DNA of 64,000 nucleotides from Bacteriovoracia bacterium (GTDB lineage Bacteria > Bdellovibrionota > UBA1018 > CAIPTA01): NCBI GenBank assembly GCA_050246755.1, contig JBFWVL010000006.1, forward strand, positions 128,001-192,000, written 5' to 3'. Shown piece after piece: positions 60,222 to 64,000 of this stretch (positions within the stretch are counted from its first letter, which is position 1; each line of letters starts with the position of its first letter). Position numbers and translations under genes: made by a program. Below the pieces are notes generated by a model, which worked only from the letters and a program-made list of their open reading frames with translations, did not search any database and was not told the origin of the DNA.

Positions 60222-61553
60222 ATGTTTGATTCCCTTCGCGAGCGTATCCTTACTCCCATCCGAAATCTCGGTAAGGGGGGGCGTATCACCGAGGAGAGCC
60301 TGCAGGAGGCGATGAAAGAAATCCGCCGGGCCCTGCTGGAGGCCGATGTCCACTTCAAGGTGGTGAAGGAATTCCTCGATCAAGTGCAAAAAGAGGCCGT
60401 GGGCCAGGAGCTGATCAAGAGCGTTTCGCCCGGCCAGCAGTTCGTAAAAATTGTTTATGATGCCCTGGTAAAGTTTCTCGGGGGCACGGAGCAGCTCGGC
60501 GGGCTCGAGCTCCGCGCGGCTCCGCCAGTTCCTATTTTGTTGGTGGGCTTGCAGGGATCGGGAAAGACCACCACGGCCGCCAAGCTCGGCCTACACTATA
60601 AGAAAAAAGAAAAAAAGAAGGCTCTGCTCGTGCCCTGCGATCCGCGGCGTCCGGCGGCCAAAGAGCAGCTCCGTATCCTCGCCAAACAGGCCGATCTGGA
60701 ATTTTTCGATAGCGATCTTACCCAGCCTCTCAAAAAAATCGTGGAATCCGCGATGGAAGAAGCCAAGAAGCGCGTGGTGGACATCGTGATCGTAGACACG
60801 GCCGGCCGCCTCGCCATCGACGAGGAACTAATGGCCGAGGTGGCGGAAGTGAAATCCGCGCTCAAGCCCTTCGCCACGATTTTCGTGGCCGATTCCATGA
60901 CCGGCCAGGATGCCGTGAACGTTGCTCAAGCCTTTAACCAGCGCACCCCTCTTTCCGGCGTGGTGCTCACCAAGCTCGACGGCGATGCCCGCGGAGGCGC
61001 GGCCCTTTCGATTAAGTTTCTCACCGGCCTACCCATTCTTTTCATGGGAATGGGAGAGGGAATCTCGGCGCTCGAGCCCTTCCATCCTGATAGGCTCGCC
61101 AGCCGCATTCTCGACATGGGCGACGTGCTCACCCTCGTGGAAAAGGCCCAGGAAGTGATCTCGGAGGAGGATGCCCGCGACAGCATGGCCAAGGTTTCCA
61201 AGGGCCAGTTCAGCCTCGAAGATTTTCTCGGGCAAATGAAGATGATGAAGAAGCTCGGTTCCATGGAAGGCATCATGAAGATGATGCCCGGCGGGAATAA
61301 AATGATGGAGCAGCTCAAGGGGGTAGACACGGAGGGGGAGATGAAGAAAACCGAAGCCATCATCCTTTCGATGACCAAGGTGGAACGCAAAAACCATAAA
61401 GTTCTCAATGGAAATCGACGCTTACGCATCGCCAAGGGCAGCGGTACCAGCGTAGCCGAAGTGAACCGATTGGTCTCTAAATTCGAGGATGCTCAGCGAA
61501 TGATGCAGCAGATGGCGAAGATGGGCATCTTCAAGAAAATGATGAAGTTCTAG
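60222..61553 (+). CDS. ffh: signal recognition particle protein
   Basis: ALLEADV, GLQGSGKTTT, DTAGR, TKLDGDARGG, Met-rich M domain. Confidence 0.97.
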   Translation: MFDSLRERILTPIRNLGKGGRITEESLQEAMKEIRRALLEADVHFKVVKEFLDQVQKEAVGQELIKSVSPGQQFVKIVYDALVKFLGGTEQLGGLELRAAPPVPILLVGLQGSGKTTTAAKLGLHYKKKEKKKALLVPCDPRRPAAKEQLRILAKQADLEFFDSDLTQPLKKIVESAMEEAKKRVVDIVIVDTAGRLAIDEELMAEVAEVKSALKPFATIFVADSMTGQDAVNVAQAFNQRTPLSGVVLTKLDGDARGGAALSIKFLTGLPILFMGMGEGISALEPFHPDRLASRILDMGDVLTLVEKAQEVISEEDARDSMAKVSKGQFSLEDFLGQMKMMKKLGSMEGIMKMMPGGNKMMEQLKGVDTEGEMKKTEAIILSMTKVERKNHKVLNGNRRLRIAKGSGTSVAEVNRLVSKFEDAQRMMQQMAKMGIFKKMMKF

Positions 61554-61577
61554 CCGTTTCTCGGCGATACTAGAGCG

Positions 61578-62744
61578 GTGAGGCCGCTTTTTTTCAGCCT
61601 GATCTTTCTTTCTCTGGGTGGTACCTACGCGCGGGCGCTTCCGCCCGTGACGACGGACATCGATGGGCGCGAGCTGGAAAATTCTCTCCAGGCGATCACG
61701 AAGGCCATCGTCGCGATTCCCATGGCTGGCAACCCACCTCCGCTCTATAAAGCTCGTGTATTCCGTAAAGGCCGATTTGCCCCGAGATTGCAGGCCGCGA
61801 GCTGCGCCACCGTCGATTTCCACGAAAAGCTCGGGGAGCCGAGAAACCAGGACGGGCTCAACTGGTGCTTCGGTTCCGTTGCGGCCGATGCCCTTTCGGC
61901 GGAAATCGGCCTGCGGGTTTCGGATTTTGATTTGTCTCTCCGAACCTTCGCGAGCTTTGGTAAGCCATTGGGAAAAAATGAATCGATCACCAAGCTCGCC
62001 ACCGCTTCCATTAATAAGGCGGTTACCGTGGCGAGGCGCGATGGGATCTGCACCGAAGAGAGCCTTCCTTCCAACGACCGGGTGCTAGGCTACTTAGCGG
62101 CGGAGATGGAAAGAAATCACAATCCGCTTTCCAGCGTGGAAATGGAAGAGTGGGCCGCCACTACTCTCGGCAAAGCCATTCGGTCCCTGGAAGACGTGCG
62201 TGGATGGAGCCTGAATCGCTTGGGCGCGGCCGAAGCCACCACCTGCGATGTGTATAAATATGCCAGCAGCATGTTCCCAAATTTGGACGAGGCGCAGGTA
62301 TTCCAGGGAATAACCTCCGCCCAGAGCAACGAGGCGCTGTTTCAGTGGCTGGTCTCCCTTTCCTGCCGCCGCCAGCCGGTGGTCTTGCCGAAAGGAACCC
62401 GCCTGAAGCAATTGCTTCCGCCCGACAACGCTCTCCAGGGGGCCAAAGGCTTTCATTTACTGGCGTCGATGGACAAGCGGCTCGACAAGAGAAAGCCGGT
62501 GATCGTGGGCCTCAACGCGAATCGTTTCGTGCGCGACGAAGGCAGCGCGCAGCACGCGGCCATCATCGTTGGTCGTGAATTCCGCGACGGCAAATGCAAA
62601 TATCTCGTACGCAACTCGGCCGGTCCCGGCTGCGGGCAATACAAAGATCCTTACGGCGATAAGTATAATTGCTCGCGGGGGCATTTTTGGATCACCGAGG
62701 AAGATTTTCACCAGACCGCGGATTTCCTCGAGTTCTTCGAATGA
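61578..62744 (+). CDS. secreted papain-like (C1) cysteine peptidase
   Basis: RNQDGLNWCF (Q, C), HAAIIVG (H), RNSAG (N). Confidence 0.75.
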   Translation: MRPLFFSLIFLSLGGTYARALPPVTTDIDGRELENSLQAITKAIVAIPMAGNPPPLYKARVFRKGRFAPRLQAASCATVDFHEKLGEPRNQDGLNWCFGSVAADALSAEIGLRVSDFDLSLRTFASFGKPLGKNESITKLATASINKAVTVARRDGICTEESLPSNDRVLGYLAAEMERNHNPLSSVEMEEWAATTLGKAIRSLEDVRGWSLNRLGAAEATTCDVYKYASSMFPNLDEAQVFQGITSAQSNEALFQWLVSLSCRRQPVVLPKGTRLKQLLPPDNALQGAKGFHLLASMDKRLDKRKPVIVGLNANRFVRDEGSAQHAAIIVGREFRDGKCKYLVRNSAGPGCGQYKDPYGDKYNCSRGHFWITEEDFHQTADFLEFFE

Positions 62745-63175
62745 TCTTTCTGCTCCTGGTGTTTTTTCATGCCGGAGTTTCCCTCGCCGCCGAAAGCGCG
62801 CCGCTCTTTCCCGAAAGCCTTACTTGCCTCTCCGAGGGAAAAATCCGTTATCTGGAGATGGGAAAATCTAAAGCCGAAATTGGAAAATTCTGTTTCAGCG
62901 AAGACCGGTCCTATTTTTTGTCGGAATCTTGCCGCGAAAAAAAGTGCGCGGCGTTGAAGGCCAGTCTTTCGGAGGTCAAGCACCTCGCCTTAGCGGGCCA
63001 AGTGGGCAGCCCGGGTTTCAAGCTTTGCCGGCGCGCCGGGGGTGTTCCCGAGCTGCTTGATTTCTTCGACGGCAAAAAATGGTGGAGCATGGACCGCTGC
63101 CGTTTCGAAGTCGACGGTTCCTTCGTGGATACCGGGATATTGCTGCGTCTTTGGGGGCAGGCCAAGAAGCCCTAG
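62741..63175 (+). CDS. secreted Cys-rich hypothetical protein
   Basis: ATGA coupling to the peptidase, signal peptide, GSPGFKLC..GG and CRF..DGSF motifs. Confidence 0.7.
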   Translation: MIFLLLVFFHAGVSLAAESAPLFPESLTCLSEGKIRYLEMGKSKAEIGKFCFSEDRSYFLSESCREKKCAALKASLSEVKHLALAGQVGSPGFKLCRRAGGVPELLDFFDGKKWWSMDRCRFEVDGSFVDTGILLRLWGQAKKP

Positions 63176-63355
63176 GCCGCAAAGGCTCCAAAATGGCCTA
63201 AACCGACAAAAAACCTCTAAGAACGGCCTGCTTTTCCCCTTGCTCTTAGCCAGCTGGAGTTTTATACCCAATGTTCTAGTTTTCTGAACCAAACCCGGGC
63301 TTTAGGTAGGCAGTGCCATCCATACCGGGAGGCATCTTTTAGGAGTATCTGTTCG

Positions 63356-63598
63356 ATGGTAACGATTCGTTTGTCCCGCAAAGGTAAGAGAAATTCTCCT
63401 TTTTTCCACATCGTAGCTGTGGACCAGAACAAAAAGCGTGACGGTGCCGTGTTAGATAAAATCGGTACCTATGATCCCGCTATTGAAAAGGACTCCGAGA
63501 AGGTAAAATACAACTCCGAGCTCTACAAAGCCTGGATCGCCAAGGGCGCCCAACCCTCAGAAACCGTTGTACAAATCCTGAAATCCACTGCAAACTAA
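63356..63598 (+). CDS. rpsP: 30S ribosomal protein S16
   Basis: MVTIRLSRKG..RDG..IGTYDP..GAQPSETV. Confidence 0.97.
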   Translation: MVTIRLSRKGKRNSPFFHIVAVDQNKKRDGAVLDKIGTYDPAIEKDSEKVKYNSELYKAWIAKGAQPSETVVQILKSTAN

Positions 63599-63679
63599 AA
63601 GCAATTAGTAGCTTTTAACGCGTTGTTTATCGTTGGCGAGGATTGCCGGCGCAGTTGTGTGGATGTTCAGGGAGGACTA

Positions 63680-63931
63680 ATGAAGTCTGCTTCGGAAGAA
63701 TTAAGAGAACTCATAGAATTCATGGGCCGCGCGCTCGTGGATCTTCCCGATCAAGTTCAGGTTAAAAATATCGAAGGCGAACAAACCACCGTTATCGAGC
63801 TGAAGGTAGCCAAAGAAGACCTCGGTAAGGTGATCGGCAAACAAGGCCGCACTGCCCGCGCTATCCGCACCATCCTCAATGGCGCCTCCACGAAACTCAA
63901 AAAGCGCACCGTTCTCGAAATCATCGAGTAG
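63680..63931 (+). CDS. khpA: KH domain RNA-binding protein
   Basis: [26 protein letters not shown]. Confidence 0.93.
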   Translation: MKSASEELRELIEFMGRALVDLPDQVQVKNIEGEQTTVIELKVAKEDLGKVIGKQGRTARAIRTILNGASTKLKKRTVLEIIE

Positions 63932-63981
63932 AAATCCCAATTTCCTTGCTTCCGCCGCGCCGCTCCCTTACCTAAGCTGGT

Positions 63982-64000
63982 ATGCGGATCGACGTGCTAA
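63982..64000 (+). CDS. trmD: probable start of tRNA (guanine-N1)-methyltransferase (partial)
   Basis: MRIDVL N-terminus in rpsP-khpA context; only six codons visible. Confidence 0.6.

Overview
Bacterial chromosome segment, probably Bdellovibrionota (inferred from a TIGR02147-type regulator, many secreted Cys-rich proteins and R-x-P/L-A-S motifs). The core flanks carry phoH-like, asparaginase II, mscL, dapF, an RpoH-family sigma, rpsO-pnp, ffh, rpsP-khpA and the start of trmD. A ~32 kb integrative conjugative element (ICE, 7326-39350) sits in the 3' end of tRNA-Arg(UCU). Joining its ends rebuilds a symmetric 50-bp attP (10-bp inverted arms, each ending 24 bp from a central GA). That junction lies inside the serine integrase ORF, so excision would fuse 173 extra codons (HTH plus a second recombinase-like domain) in frame, and integration swaps the tRNA discriminator base. 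The ICE carries a VirB-like T4SS with an FtsK coupling ATPase and a Replic_Relax protein, a group II intron in a virB5-like gene, an IS and secreted-protein cargo. It also carries a candidate peptide-signalling module (NtrC-type regulator, small secreted peptide ending in ICY, family-5 binding protein, YcaO, histidine kinase) directly upstream of a sigma54 promoter for the transfer operon. Several transfer genes appear to start at ATA. Outside the ICE is a tandem array of six sigma28-preceded secreted paralogs sharing a C-terminal motif. All calls come from reading motifs by eye; no database searches were run.
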